This document shows positions 1 to 9,349 of a stretch of DNA of 28,794 nucleotides, piece after piece. Both the position numbers and the translations under genes were made by a program. The notes under the pieces were generated by a model that was not told where the DNA came from, did no database searches, and worked only from the letters and a program-made list of their open reading frames with translations. The stretch is taken from the NCBI GenBank assembly GCA_036447975.1, contig JAZFVY010000162.1, forward strand, positions 1 through 28,794, written 5' to 3'. The DNA comes from Desulfobacterales bacterium. GTDB taxonomy: Bacteria; Desulfobacterota; Desulfobacteria; Desulfobacterales; UBA11574. Numbering within the stretch: position 1 is the first letter of the stretch; each line of letters starts with the position of its first letter.

Positions 1-1187
1 ATCTCCATGATCTGGCGGCCGCGGAACTTGCCCCGCATAATGACGTAGGCCAGCAGAGTTCCGACAATGGCTCCTACCAATCCTGCTCCCAGTGAGACTT
101 TGATGCTGTTAATAATGGCGATATTCGATTGGGTATTGAGAATATGATCGGTCACAAAAGTATTATCCACTCCCACAATTTTAACAAATGATCCCAGCAC
201 AATAACGCCGAAACTTAATAGTACCATCATGGCAACCGAGAGACTGATGATCAAAAAGGGGATTTTAATGGCAGGTGCCATCGGTTTGGGTTCGGTAGCC
301 ATTCCTTTACCGGTGATTGTGGCATATCCTTTACCTTTTAACACGTATTTATGGAGAAAAAATATGAGGATACACGGGGTGATGAGAACCACCGAAAGGA
401 CGCTTGCCATATTGAAATCGCCTTCGCCGGTAATCATTAAATAGGTGTCCGGTGCCAGAAAAGGTGTTCGACCGCCCAGAATGGCAGGATTTCCGAATTC
501 AGCGATGGTCATTACGAAAACCAGAAGTGCGGCCTTCAAGAGCCCGGGGGCAGCCAGAGGAATCGTGATTGAACGAACAATCCGCACCTCAGAGGCTCCC
601 ATATCGCTGGCGGTTTCTTCCAGGCTGGGGTTTAACGAATTTAGGACATTTTCAATCATCATGAAAGACAGAGGTAAAAATGCCAGGCACTGGGCCATAA
701 TAACTCCGGTCCAGCCATAAATATTGAAATCCAAATTAAACAGGTTGTTGATTAAACCGTTCCTACCCAAAAGGGTGATCGAAGAAATTGCAAAGATGTA
801 AGGCGGAGCTGCCAGAGGAAGCAATGCAACAATCTTCAAAGGTTTTCTAAGCCGCAGGGGACCACGTGTGGTCAGGTAGGCAAAACAGAAACCGACGATT
901 ACCAAAATCACCATGGTAACTGTTCCCAAAATGAGGGTGTTAATTAGGGACCAGTAGTAAAAATTATAGCTGAAAAACTCGACGTAAAAATCAAAGGTAA
1001 ATCCTTCATCGCCCCAAAAGCTTTTGATCAGGACAGTTGCAATCGGATAGATAAGGAAGATGGCCAAAAGGGCAAAAAGGCCGCCGGCAAAAATATTCAC
1101 CAGTTTGGCATTGAGAAATGCGCGGACTTTATACCACAAACTTCTAGCAGGCACTGGACCTATTACCACTTCGGCCATCTTTACCAT
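1..1187 (-). CDS. ABC transporter permease (FbpB / 2-AEP-type), 3' end runs off the window
   Basis: Hand translation from ATG at 1187 (RBS AGGAGA): MVKMAEVVIGPVPARSLWYKVRAFLNAKLVNIFAGGLFALLAIFLIYPIATVLIKSFWG... It has multiple TM segments, the motif LLPLAAPPYIFA and the EAA loop NPSLEETASDMGASEVRIVRSITIPLAAPG. It is absent from the ORF track because there is no stop in the window. Confidence 0.9.
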   Translation of the reverse strand, partial: MVKMAEVVIGPVPARSLWYKVRAFLNAKLVNIFAGGLFALLAIFLIYPIATVLIKSFWGDEGFTFDFYVEFFSYNFYYWSLINTLILGTVTMVILVIVGFCFAYLTTRGPLRLRKPLKIVALLPLAAPPYIFAISSITLLGRNGLINNLFNLDFNIYGWTGVIMAQCLAFLPLSFMMIENVLNSLNPSLEETASDMGASEVRIVRSITIPLAAPGLLKAALLVFVMTIAEFGNPAILGGRTPFLAPDTYLMITGEGDFNMASVLSVVLITPCILIFFLHKYVLKGKGYATITGKGMATEPKPMAPAIKIPFLIISLSVAMMVLLSFGVIVLGSFVKIVGVDNTFVTDHILNTQSNIAIINSIKVSLGAGLVGAIVGTLLAYVIMRGKFRGRQIME

Positions 1188-1212
1188 ATCTCCTATGCTC
1201 TTTTAACCGGTA

Positions 1213-2286
1213 TTATTGTTTTTGCTTTTTGGCCGCTTCGGCCGCTTTTTTCTCTTTTTCGTCACCAACTCTCTTGGCTTTGGCAGTTTCCTTCATCATG
1301 AACTTGATTTTCCAAGTTTTGATAATTTTGCTGCGGTTCTTGACGGCCCATCCGTGGTCGAGTTTGATGTAAGTCGGTTTAGCCGCGCCATAAAGGGCGC
1401 TGGCAATGCCCGGACGAGGTGGAAAGTATCCAAAAGAAGCAAGGAATTCACTGAATTGCTGAGTGCCAAAATAGTCCATAATCTTCTTGGACAGTTCAAG
1501 TTTCTTGGTCCCTTTGAGAATAACCGTATAGTTGCCCTCGTAACCGATACCCTCAACAGGGATTGTCCACTCGAGAGGATAGCCCTGTTGAATCCGGTTT
1601 AGGACATTCTCATCGGCAGTGATTCCCAGCAAATATTCGCCTCTGCCAACAAGATCGGTAGGGGCATTTCCGCTTTTGGTATAGAAGGCCATGTTCTGGT
1701 CAAGATCTTCAAGGAACTTCCAGCCTTCTTTTTCGCCGTAAAGCTGCAGAAAAGAATAGTTGAGCATAAAAGCGGTTCCCGACGTTCTGGGTGAAGGGGC
1801 AACGATTTGTCCCTTCCATTTGGGATCCAGCAGTTCCTTCCAGCTCATTGGCATGCCCCATCCTTTTTCGGCCAGTTTCTTTTTATTGCCCACCAGGACA
1901 AACGAAAAGGTCCCCAGGGCATACCAGCAACCATCTGGATCTTTGAACACAGGATCGATGTCTCCCCATGAGGGGGCTTGAAAGCACTCATAAATCCCCT
2001 GTTTCTTTCCGATGATCGCTTGGGCAGCTCCGTAGGAAATGACCATGTCGGCATTGAAATTTGGCTTTTCAGTCTGAACCCTGGCCCAACACTCTCCCCA
2101 GGAGAGGGTGATGTGTTTAATTTCGATTCCCAGGTTCTCTTCAACGTTCTTGGCGATGGCCTCATTCACCTCCCGGGAATACCCCATGTAGGCACTGATC
2201 GATTCCTTTGCCTGAAGCCCACTGGAAGCAATGCCAAATGTCAGAACCAACGCTAAAGCTGCAATGATAAAAAGTCTCTTTTTCAT
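1213..2286 (-). CDS. ABC transporter substrate-binding protein (Fe3+/thiamine/2-aminoethylphosphonate class)
   Basis: Sec-type signal peptide and the class motifs SWKELLDPKWKGQIVAPSPRTSGTA and GRGEYLLGI. Directly upstream of the permease. Substrate is inferred from context only. Confidence 0.88.
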   Translation of the reverse strand: MKKRLFIIAALALVLTFGIASSGLQAKESISAYMGYSREVNEAIAKNVEENLGIEIKHITLSWGECWARVQTEKPNFNADMVISYGAAQAIIGKKQGIYECFQAPSWGDIDPVFKDPDGCWYALGTFSFVLVGNKKKLAEKGWGMPMSWKELLDPKWKGQIVAPSPRTSGTAFMLNYSFLQLYGEKEGWKFLEDLDQNMAFYTKSGNAPTDLVGRGEYLLGITADENVLNRIQQGYPLEWTIPVEGIGYEGNYTVILKGTKKLELSKKIMDYFGTQQFSEFLASFGYFPPRPGIASALYGAAKPTYIKLDHGWAVKNRSKIIKTWKIKFMMKETAKAKRVGDEKEKKAAEAAKKQKQ

Positions 2287-2449
2287 CAGGTACCTCCTAT
2301 AATCAAGATTGTTTAACGGTTAATGACCTGAAACAAGGTCAGGCTTCCGTATTGGATGGAAGATCTATTTAGGTCGATATCACCCCCTTTCTTTTAAATT
2401 TGGTTATTGCTTGACGAAAGAGTAACTGATCTGAAGAATATATCTATAT

Positions 2450-2494
2450 ATAAGTCAAACTAAAAAAATCATACTATTAATAATATAAAGTTAT
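2450..2494 (-). promoter_or_regulatory. LysR-type box plus -35-like element for the ABC operon
   Basis: Minus strand ATAACtttatATTAT (2480-2494), 21 bp spacer, then TTGACTTAT (2450-2458). The spacer is one base shorter than in the other six copies. Confidence 0.6.
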
Positions 2495-2506
2495 TTGTGG
2501 ATTCGA

Positions 2507-3553
2507 TCACCGCACCATGTTTACTGGGTATTTTCCGAATCTTCTTGTCGCATCAATCATAGCCAAAAAATTTTCAGGCTTCACGCTTGAATGGATGCTG
2601 TTGCTGGAGGAAAGAATGTGGCCACCGCCTGGAGATGCCGTCGATATACACCTTTCCACTGCTTTGGTTACCTGGTCGGGAGTTCCGTTGGTCAGGAGAT
2701 TCCCGCAGTCTATGTTGCCGATGATGCAAACACTGCTTCCATACATTTTCTTGATCTTTTGAATGTCCATCCCTGCGATGGGGTCAATTGGATTGATTCC
2801 GTCTATCCCTGTTTCTATGATCATGTCCAAGATCTTCATGAGATTACCGTCACTATGTTTTATACAGTATGCACCCATTTCATGGACAACGTCAACTATC
2901 TTTTTTAGCCCAGGAAGGACAAATTCCTTGAAATGTTTTGGGGAAATCATCGGGCCGGTATTATAGGCGTAATCATCTCCAAACATCACTATCTCGGCCC
3001 CAGCTTTAATGGCCTTTTTAACAACCTCTATTTCATAACTCAGGGCCATTTCTGTGATCTCATGAGCAAATTTCGGATTCATTATATAATCGAGAAAAAG
3101 ATTCTCTGTTCCCCTGAGATACCTCGGATTGCTCAGGGCATCACGATTCTCCCAAATAATTGCTTTTTCCCCCTTGAACCTTTGAACTAGTTCGAGAAAA
3201 GGACCAAGAACATCAGGGTCTTCGGGGTCTGGAGGAATATATGACTTTAGATCCTCTTCGGACTCGATGATCCCTTCAACGGGGTATGCAATGGCTTCAC
3301 CGGTATAAACCCTGGTAATTCCCCATTTATCCTTGAATTTATACCCCGGTTGAACATCCCCATCATGACCCGACAATGTATGCTCATATCCCAAGGCGAC
3401 ACCATCCATCCCTATTTTCTCTAAGAAGTCAAAATAAGAACAGCCTGGATAGATGGCATTTCTTACTTTTGGATCGATACTCCACTCCAACATCGGAACC
3501 CGATCAGGTTCTCTCCGCTCAAGGGATACAAAGATCAGATCTCGTGAATTCAT
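2507..3553 (-). CDS. Uroporphyrinogen decarboxylase-like / methylcobalamide methyltransferase-family protein
   Basis: Motifs EPDRVP, DKWG, FGDDYA...GPMISP..FKEF, KHSDGN, IIGNID and PGGGHILSSSNSIH; 348 aa; RBS AAAGGAG. It lacks the HxC zinc motif of methanogen MtaA/MtbA. Confidence 0.85.
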   Translation of the reverse strand: MNSRDLIFVSLERREPDRVPMLEWSIDPKVRNAIYPGCSYFDFLEKIGMDGVALGYEHTLSGHDGDVQPGYKFKDKWGITRVYTGEAIAYPVEGIIESEEDLKSYIPPDPEDPDVLGPFLELVQRFKGEKAIIWENRDALSNPRYLRGTENLFLDYIMNPKFAHEITEMALSYEIEVVKKAIKAGAEIVMFGDDYAYNTGPMISPKHFKEFVLPGLKKIVDVVHEMGAYCIKHSDGNLMKILDMIIETGIDGINPIDPIAGMDIQKIKKMYGSSVCIIGNIDCGNLLTNGTPDQVTKAVERCISTASPGGGHILSSSNSIHSSVKPENFLAMIDATRRFGKYPVNMVR

Positions 3554-3788
3554 TATAGACTCCTTTGGATTTAGTTTCGTAAAAAGGCCTATCTGAATGT
3601 TTTCCTACAACTTCTTGCCAAGCTCGCTTGTCAGTGTCAGCGATGGTAATCGTCTGAAAACTAGTAATTCTGCGTGTGCCGCGCATACATTTATCGATTA
3701 AAGGATAAGCACCTTACCACCTCAATGTTCGTTCCTCCTCGAAATGGTGCTCGAATCTTTTTTGGACAAAGGTGATATAATTTAATAA

Positions 3789-3834
3789 ATAAGTCAAAAT
3801 AATTAATATTATATTTTTAATGATAAATTGTTAT
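3789..3834 (-). promoter_or_regulatory. LysR-type box plus -35-like element for the URO-D-like gene
   Basis: Minus strand ATAACaatttATCAT (3820-3834), 22 bp spacer, then TTGACTTAT (3789-3797). Confidence 0.65.
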
Positions 3835-4125
3835 AATATTGATCGATCGGGTTTGTTATAAATTATGCTGATAATACCCGAATTTTACTTGTTCTTAAAA
3901 ATATGTTCCGATTGAGTCGTTTCGTTCATATTTTAATAAGCCGCCGGATGATTTAGTTTATGTCGGGAAGCTGTCTGAATAAATTAGAGCGCATTAAAGA
4001 GAACATTTTCAAAGTGATTCAATTTGGAGAATAAAGTCATGTTGCCACACGATATATTTAAAGCCATAGATAGGCCCCAGCAGTAATAGCAGCCAATTGG
4101 CTTTCTGCTTTTAAAATGAAGCACT

Positions 4126-4767
4126 CTATTTTCTTGCAATGAGCATTCTTGCCTGTTTGACAGCTTCTGCGGCATCCTTCCCATAGCCGTCAGCACCAAT
4201 TTCTTCTGCAAATCTTGCGTCAATAGGCGCACCCCCAACCATAACTTTAACACTTTTTCGCAATCCATTATCCTTTAAAGCCTCGATCACATTTTCAATC
4301 TCAGGCATCGTTGTTGTTAACAATGCGGATAATCCAAGGATGTCAGGCTTAATCTCTTTTATTTTTTGGATCAATTTTTCAACAGTGAGGTCTACACCCA
4401 AATCGATTACAGCGTACCCTGCCCCTTCCAACATAATAATAACAAGGTTCTTGCCGATATCGTGCAAGTCACCTTTGACCGTACACATAATGATCGTGCC
4501 GTTTGCTTCAGTCTCTTCAGGTTTCAAGAGAGGCTTAATGAGAGATAGACCCTTTTTCATGGTAATGCCTGAAGCAAGCATCTCTGGTATGTATATCTCA
4601 TTGTCTACAAATTTCTGGCCAACAATATCCATCGCGGCAATCATGGCATTGTTTATTATTGCATTCAGGTTTGTGCCTTCATTGATCGATGCCTTGACCA
4701 AACTCTCTATCTCTTTATGCTTTCCACTGACAACTGCCTCTTTAATATCCCCTATATTATTACTCAT
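4126..4767 (-). CDS. Corrinoid (B12-binding) protein, MttC/MtbC/MetH-cap type
   Basis: N-terminal cap domain (AMIAAMDIVGQKF..NEIYIPEML), B12 motif TVKGDLHDIGKNLV (DxHxxG), LGLSALLTTT and VMVGGAP. Confidence 0.95.
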   Translation of the reverse strand: MSNNIGDIKEAVVSGKHKEIESLVKASINEGTNLNAIINNAMIAAMDIVGQKFVDNEIYIPEMLASGITMKKGLSLIKPLLKPEETEANGTIIMCTVKGDLHDIGKNLVIIMLEGAGYAVIDLGVDLTVEKLIQKIKEIKPDILGLSALLTTTMPEIENVIEALKDNGLRKSVKVMVGGAPIDARFAEEIGADGYGKDAAEAVKQARMLIARK

Positions 4768-4923
4768 TGCCTTTATCCTTTCTCGATATAATGCTAATAT
4801 CCTTCATGGAAGGCCAAAACAATTATCTGTCAAATTAATTATAACAAATCGGAGAGAGATTCAATTTGCTGGTCCAACTCCTTCCATTTCGGCATGAGCC
4901 CAACGCAATCGTCACGGGAAAGT

Positions 4924-6099
4924 TCATGCTCCATAAGCAGCTATATCCTCGATTTTTTTATGTATTATGATGCCGCGTTCGGCAAGTTCTGTGAATACCG
5001 CTGAGGGTTCAAAAGCCAGTTCAGGAGCCACGACACCAGACCCGCGAAACTGGCCATGGGCGATCATCTGGGCACCGATACTCATGGGGATGCCCACACA
5101 GCGTGTATAAGCACGCAGCTTTTTCCATCCTTTTACTGAGCCGTCCGAGGCGGGATGGGTGTGGGTGAGGATATGCCGGTACTTTTTCCCCTCACAACTG
5201 CCGGTAACCTCCACGTGCAGCGCGTAACCGTAAAGATCGGTAGTCTGCCCCTCTTTGGATTGCAGAAGATGGCCAGCGATGGCATCCATGATCCTCACCT
5301 GGGTGCCGTCCACTTCGATTTTGTCGTTACGCATAAAACCCCAGTCATATAGGGTGCGAATCAGCACCATGTTTTTGGGCGGCCAGGTACCGCGCACTTC
5401 GATCAGTTGAATCTGTTTATCTGCCAGCGACTTTGGAAGGGTCATGGTTTCAGCATGAGGAATGATGTACTGGGTATGGGTTCCGTATGGAAGCGGCAGT
5501 TCGATTTCTCTGGGACGAGCAAAGGGCGGCACCTGAACAAATTTTCCGTTTTCGTATACCACGCGAGAGGGCAGATCGGGATCGTACTCAATCCGTGTGG
5601 TCTCGGCGATTGCCGGTGAAAAAGCCACCGGCCGGAAGGCACCGTGACTGATACGAATGGTATCCACCGTCTCCAACTGATCGGCGACATGCTTGGCCAT
5701 CAGGTTCGTAATTCCAGGGGTCATCCCCATGCCGGGGACACAGACTTTGCCTTTGTCTGAAAATTGGCGATCAAATTCCCATTCCGCCCCACAACCGTTG
5801 ATGTTGATACCATGTACACCGGCGGCAGCAATACAGGCAGTGGAACGGTCATTGAGGGAGATGGTGGTACCGTCCATGACCAAATTATAGTCCTTAAAAC
5901 TGGCCACCGCCGCCTGATGATCGTTAACATCGATCTTGAGAAAATCCACGCGGGGGTCATCAAGCCACTTTACCACCTCCTGGCCCGCATCTTCATTATA
6001 GTCGGCGATAGTAATTTTCTCGAAATCTGAATATTCCACAAGATCATAGGCCGATTCTCGGCTGATTTTACCAGCGGCCCCTAAACATAAAATTTTCAT
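4924..6099 (-). CDS. Saccharopine dehydrogenase-family NAD(P)-dependent oxidoreductase
   Basis: Rossmann start MKILCLGAAGKIS...ITIAD, plus PGMGMTPGITN, HAETMTLP and a C-terminal TRCVGIPMSIGAQM..G...G.GV.APE; 391 aa. Confidence 0.88.
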   Translation of the reverse strand: MKILCLGAAGKISRESAYDLVEYSDFEKITIADYNEDAGQEVVKWLDDPRVDFLKIDVNDHQAAVASFKDYNLVMDGTTISLNDRSTACIAAAGVHGININGCGAEWEFDRQFSDKGKVCVPGMGMTPGITNLMAKHVADQLETVDTIRISHGAFRPVAFSPAIAETTRIEYDPDLPSRVVYENGKFVQVPPFARPREIELPLPYGTHTQYIIPHAETMTLPKSLADKQIQLIEVRGTWPPKNMVLIRTLYDWGFMRNDKIEVDGTQVRIMDAIAGHLLQSKEGQTTDLYGYALHVEVTGSCEGKKYRHILTHTHPASDGSVKGWKKLRAYTRCVGIPMSIGAQMIAHGQFRGSGVVAPELAFEPSAVFTELAERGIIIHKKIEDIAAYGA

Positions 6100-6134
6100 T
6101 CAATTCCCCTTTCGTTTTACAGAGAAATATTTAA

Positions 6135-6179
6135 TTGTATATACAAATGTCTTTATACTTCTTCGTATAACCAAGTCAA
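6135..6179 (-). promoter_or_regulatory. Promoter of the dehydrogenase-corrinoid operon with a GntR/HutC-type palindromic operator
   Basis: Minus strand -35 TTGACT (6174-6179), 16 bp spacer, -10 TATAAA (6152-6157). A perfect palindrome TTGTATATACAA lies at 6135-6146, just downstream. Confidence 0.7.
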
Positions 6180-6309
6180 GAATTATTTTAAGCATCACGT
6201 ATTCATGCTATGAAATTGCTATAATATCTTAAATATCAAATTGTTAATATAAATATAGAAAGATAAAATATGTAAAAGAAAAGAAACTATTACATGAATC
6301 AAACAACCA

Positions 6310-6338
6310 TTGACTTTGTATATATAATTAAGTATATG
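6310..6338 (+). promoter_or_regulatory. Promoter of the GntR gene with a second operator copy
   Basis: TTGACT (6310-6315), then TTGTATATATAA (6316-6327, one mismatch to the palindrome), then a weak -10 TATATG (6333-6338). Confidence 0.55.
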
Positions 6339-6431
6339 AATGTGAGATGATTTTTTAGGATTGATACATCAGGGTTCATCCGCCATCATGAATATTACAT
6401 AGAAAGCAAGTAACGTGAACGGGGGGAATAT

Positions 6432-7187
6432 ATGGGTTCAAATTATCGCAGGAAAATTCCAAAACATGTACAGATCTATCAGTGGTTGCGTGCTATGATC
6501 GCCAAGGGGGAAATCAAACGTGGCGACAAACTCCCCACCGAGATCGAACTGTCCCATATGTTTGCGGTTAACCGCATGACAGTACGCAAGGCTATGGATT
6601 CTCTGGTGTTTGATGCGATGGTCATCCGCCGGCCGGGTAAAGGAACTTTTCTGACCTCCGAGAAACCCAAGGATTTAATCTATACCCTGAAAAACATCAC
6701 CAGTTTTGGTAATGACATGCAAAGCGTCGGGATACAGCCTACCTATCAGGCCGTTGAGGTGAAAGTAATCCAGGCGGACGGCGAAGTAAGCAAGATGTTG
6801 AAACTGAAAAATGACAAGCGGGCCATTTATTCCCTGCGAGTGTTGCATGCCAACGATAAACCGGTACTCATCGAGAAAAGCTATCTTCCTTATTTCAAAT
6901 TCAAAGACATTCTAGATATGGATTTTAATACAACTCTTTATCAGATTATCACGGAAAAGTTCGGTATCGCATTGGATCATGCTACTCAGTGTTTGACGGC
7001 GGAGTTCCCAGGAGAAGAAGAGACCAGAATATTCGGCCTGCCCGAGCCCTGTCCCTGCATGAAGATGGAAACTGTGGTGTACGATCCCCACAACTCTCCG
7101 GTGGAGGCCCTTTTCGCCTACTATCGTGGAGATAAGTATAAATTCAAATTCAAGGCGGGGCACTATATTCGCCATTCGAACCAGTAA
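6432..7187 (+). CDS. GntR family transcriptional regulator, HutC/UTRA subfamily (PhnF/PhnR-like)
   Basis: wHTH IPKHVQIYQWL...GDKLPTEIELSHMFAVNRMTVRKA...RRPGKGTF and a UTRA C-terminus (LRVLHANDKPVLIEKSY, YRGDKYKF). Confidence 0.95.
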   Translation: MGSNYRRKIPKHVQIYQWLRAMIAKGEIKRGDKLPTEIELSHMFAVNRMTVRKAMDSLVFDAMVIRRPGKGTFLTSEKPKDLIYTLKNITSFGNDMQSVGIQPTYQAVEVKVIQADGEVSKMLKLKNDKRAIYSLRVLHANDKPVLIEKSYLPYFKFKDILDMDFNTTLYQIITEKFGIALDHATQCLTAEFPGEEETRIFGLPEPCPCMKMETVVYDPHNSPVEALFAYYRGDKYKFKFKAGHYIRHSNQ

Positions 7188-7290
7188 CCCGACTAACTTG
7201 GAATTTACAAAATCTTTTCAGCCAGTTGGAACTGATGTGAGAAAATCAATATAAATATACCTACTTACTGTTTTGCTCCGCTCTCGTGGG

Positions 7291-8163
7291 TTATCGCGCC
7301 AATCCGATAAAAACAACGCCCAAGGAAATCAAAGCCGCTCCGACAAGTTTTTGTTTACCGTGTTTTTCCTGCAGCAGGTAGATTCCGTAAAGGGTGGATA
7401 ACACGATACTCACTTCCCTGACGGCGACAACATAACTCACCTTGCTTATTTTGAAAGCAAAAAGAATCAGCATGTAAGTGAAAGGGGACAAAAATCCCAC
7501 CATTACAATGGCACCTTTGTTGAGGTGCCACTCTTGTTTCAACCAAATTCGTTCTTTGGCCAATACGTACGGAGTCAGGAGAAGCCAGGTAATGAATAGC
7601 ATCAGGTAGATGTATACCGGAGGAATGACAATGCCGACCCCGACCTTGTCAACTAAAGAATAGGCTGCGATAGTACCTCCGGTACACAGTGCCCAGATTG
7701 AGGCTCCGCTGCGCATGGCACGAAAGGGATCGAGAAAGGATTGACCGGAAAAGGAACGAAGATGAATGATATAGATACCGAATATGACCAGGGTAATGCC
7801 GGATATTCCAAGGAGAGAGAGTTGTTCATGCAATAAGCCAACGGCCAGAAAGGGTACAAGAAGGGGCCCCGACCCACGGGAAAGGGGATAAACAAGAGAA
7901 AGATCACCCCGTTCGTAGGCTCCCCCCATGAACCAGAAATAGAGCGCGTGCAAGATACCTGTGGCACCGATGCATATCCAACCGGTTTCGGAGATGCTCG
8001 CTTGAGGCCAGAAGAAAAGAAACATGGGCGAAAAAATTACCGGAGCAACCAGCAGAGCCAACCAGATAAAAGCGATCTTTCTCTGACTTTTTTTAAGAAG
8101 ATAATTCCAGCTGGCATGAAGAAAAGCGGACGCAAGCACAATTCCCAAAGCGATTCCGGTCAT
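7291..8163 (-). CDS. EamA/DMT family transporter
   Basis: About 10 hydrophobic segments with SAFLHASWNYLLK, AYERGDLSLVYPLSRG, YSLVDK and VSYVVAVREVSIV. Confidence 0.93.
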   Translation of the reverse strand: MTGIALGIVLASAFLHASWNYLLKKSQRKIAFIWLALLVAPVIFSPMFLFFWPQASISETGWICIGATGILHALYFWFMGGAYERGDLSLVYPLSRGSGPLLVPFLAVGLLHEQLSLLGISGITLVIFGIYIIHLRSFSGQSFLDPFRAMRSGASIWALCTGGTIAAYSLVDKVGVGIVIPPVYIYLMLFITWLLLTPYVLAKERIWLKQEWHLNKGAIVMVGFLSPFTYMLILFAFKISKVSYVVAVREVSIVLSTLYGIYLLQEKHGKQKLVGAALISLGVVFIGLAR

Positions 8164-8181
8164 ATATCTGATCCTCTTCGG

Positions 8182-9270
8182 CTATTTGAATATCCAGGCC
8201 GCTACCTCATGATTCGATATGGGTAAGATAGATGTCGGTCCCGGGCCATAGCCGACAATCGGGATCGCTCTTTCATGCAGCGAACCGTGGGACCGGACTT
8301 TGACCGTTTCCCTTGAGTTGGGCAAAGCCCCGAAAACCGTATCCCTGTCGGCCAACACAAAAAGATGCCCAATACGATGGGGATGGAGCCGGTATCTCTT
8401 TGCAGCTTCCGTGTTCGAGAAAACAGCTTCAATGCCCTGCTCCCAACGAAGGAGGGCCGAAGCTTCATCAATGGCAGACAGGTCATCCAGATAAATATAT
8501 GCAGCGCCGCCAAGATTCTGGTGATGGACGACATAACGATCTTTGATGATCGGGATGGCGTTTGCCGAAATCCCGGCATCTTTTAATATCCGGGTTAAAT
8601 CGAGTGCCAGGGTCTTTGGATTCATGCCATGGTCGGCCGTTACCACGATTTCAATATCCGATGCAACATTCAAGAGATCCCCGAGCAGACGATCAAGCCG
8701 GTTCATGTTCCATTGGGATTGGTCAGAATCAGGGGATAGCATATGATTGGCATAATCGGTTGTCGTTAAATAAAGCAGGTCGGGAGATTTTTCTGCAAGT
8801 ACTGTCCTGGCGGCACGGAACAGCCAATGATTAACCTCTATGGAATAGATATCCGGTGGCGCGCCGATTCGATCCACAAGCCAGGCCGAAGGCCTTTCCG
8901 CCGTCTCGGCAAGGGTTGCGCCGTCTTGGATTAAGGTTTTAAGTTTTTCTTTAGCGGTGAGAAGGGCCGATTTTCCGCCGGTTTCGCCAACCCGGCGAAA
9001 TATGGTCTCAGCCAGCAGAAATTCCGAGGATTCCATGTAAACTTCTTTTCCCGTTGACGGATCGAGAAAATAGTTGGAGGTAATGCCGTGGGTTTCCGGA
9101 AAACTTGCCGTGACAATCGTTGAGTTGTTGACATTGGTAACACTGGGAATGATCGCCTGGCCGGTTGTGCCAAATCCCTCCCGTGCGAGACTATCCATGT
9201 TCGGTGTTTCACTTTGGTCCAGATATTCGGGGCCGCAACCATCCAGACAGATAATGATCTTTTTTGTCAT
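8182..9270 (-). CDS. phnA: Phosphonoacetate hydrolase (alkaline phosphatase superfamily)
   Basis: PhnA signature motifs ICLDGCGPEY, PSVTNVNN (Thr nucleophile), TAKEKL, LYLTTTDY.NH, VTADHGMN, DRYVVHH and RSHGSLHE. Confidence 0.9.
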   Translation of the reverse strand: MTKKIIICLDGCGPEYLDQSETPNMDSLAREGFGTTGQAIIPSVTNVNNSTIVTASFPETHGITSNYFLDPSTGKEVYMESSEFLLAETIFRRVGETGGKSALLTAKEKLKTLIQDGATLAETAERPSAWLVDRIGAPPDIYSIEVNHWLFRAARTVLAEKSPDLLYLTTTDYANHMLSPDSDQSQWNMNRLDRLLGDLLNVASDIEIVVTADHGMNPKTLALDLTRILKDAGISANAIPIIKDRYVVHHQNLGGAAYIYLDDLSAIDEASALLRWEQGIEAVFSNTEAAKRYRLHPHRIGHLFVLADRDTVFGALPNSRETVKVRSHGSLHERAIPIVGYGPGPTSILPISNHEVAAWIFK

Positions 9271-9349
9271 GGTGTTTCTCCGGTTATTTTTCAGGCGAAA
9301 ACGTTTATTCTTTATAACTTAGCTAACAAACTTATTTCAAAGCCGGCTC

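Noticed and set aside
3560-3780. Cobalamin riboswitch in the long leader of the URO-D-like gene
   Set aside because: No B12-box or GGGAA / ACTGCCCCCGCAACTGT-like core found. The GAGGAGG in the leader precedes only a 3-codon ORF.
3984-4268. 94-aa ORF overlapping the end of the corrinoid gene
   Set aside because: Alternate-frame overlap, no RBS and no family features.
6180-6225. Eighth LysR box upstream of the dehydrogenase
   Set aside because: No ATAAC/GTTAT dyad at the 22-bp spacing. The same check also failed at 6273-6287 and 19958-19972.
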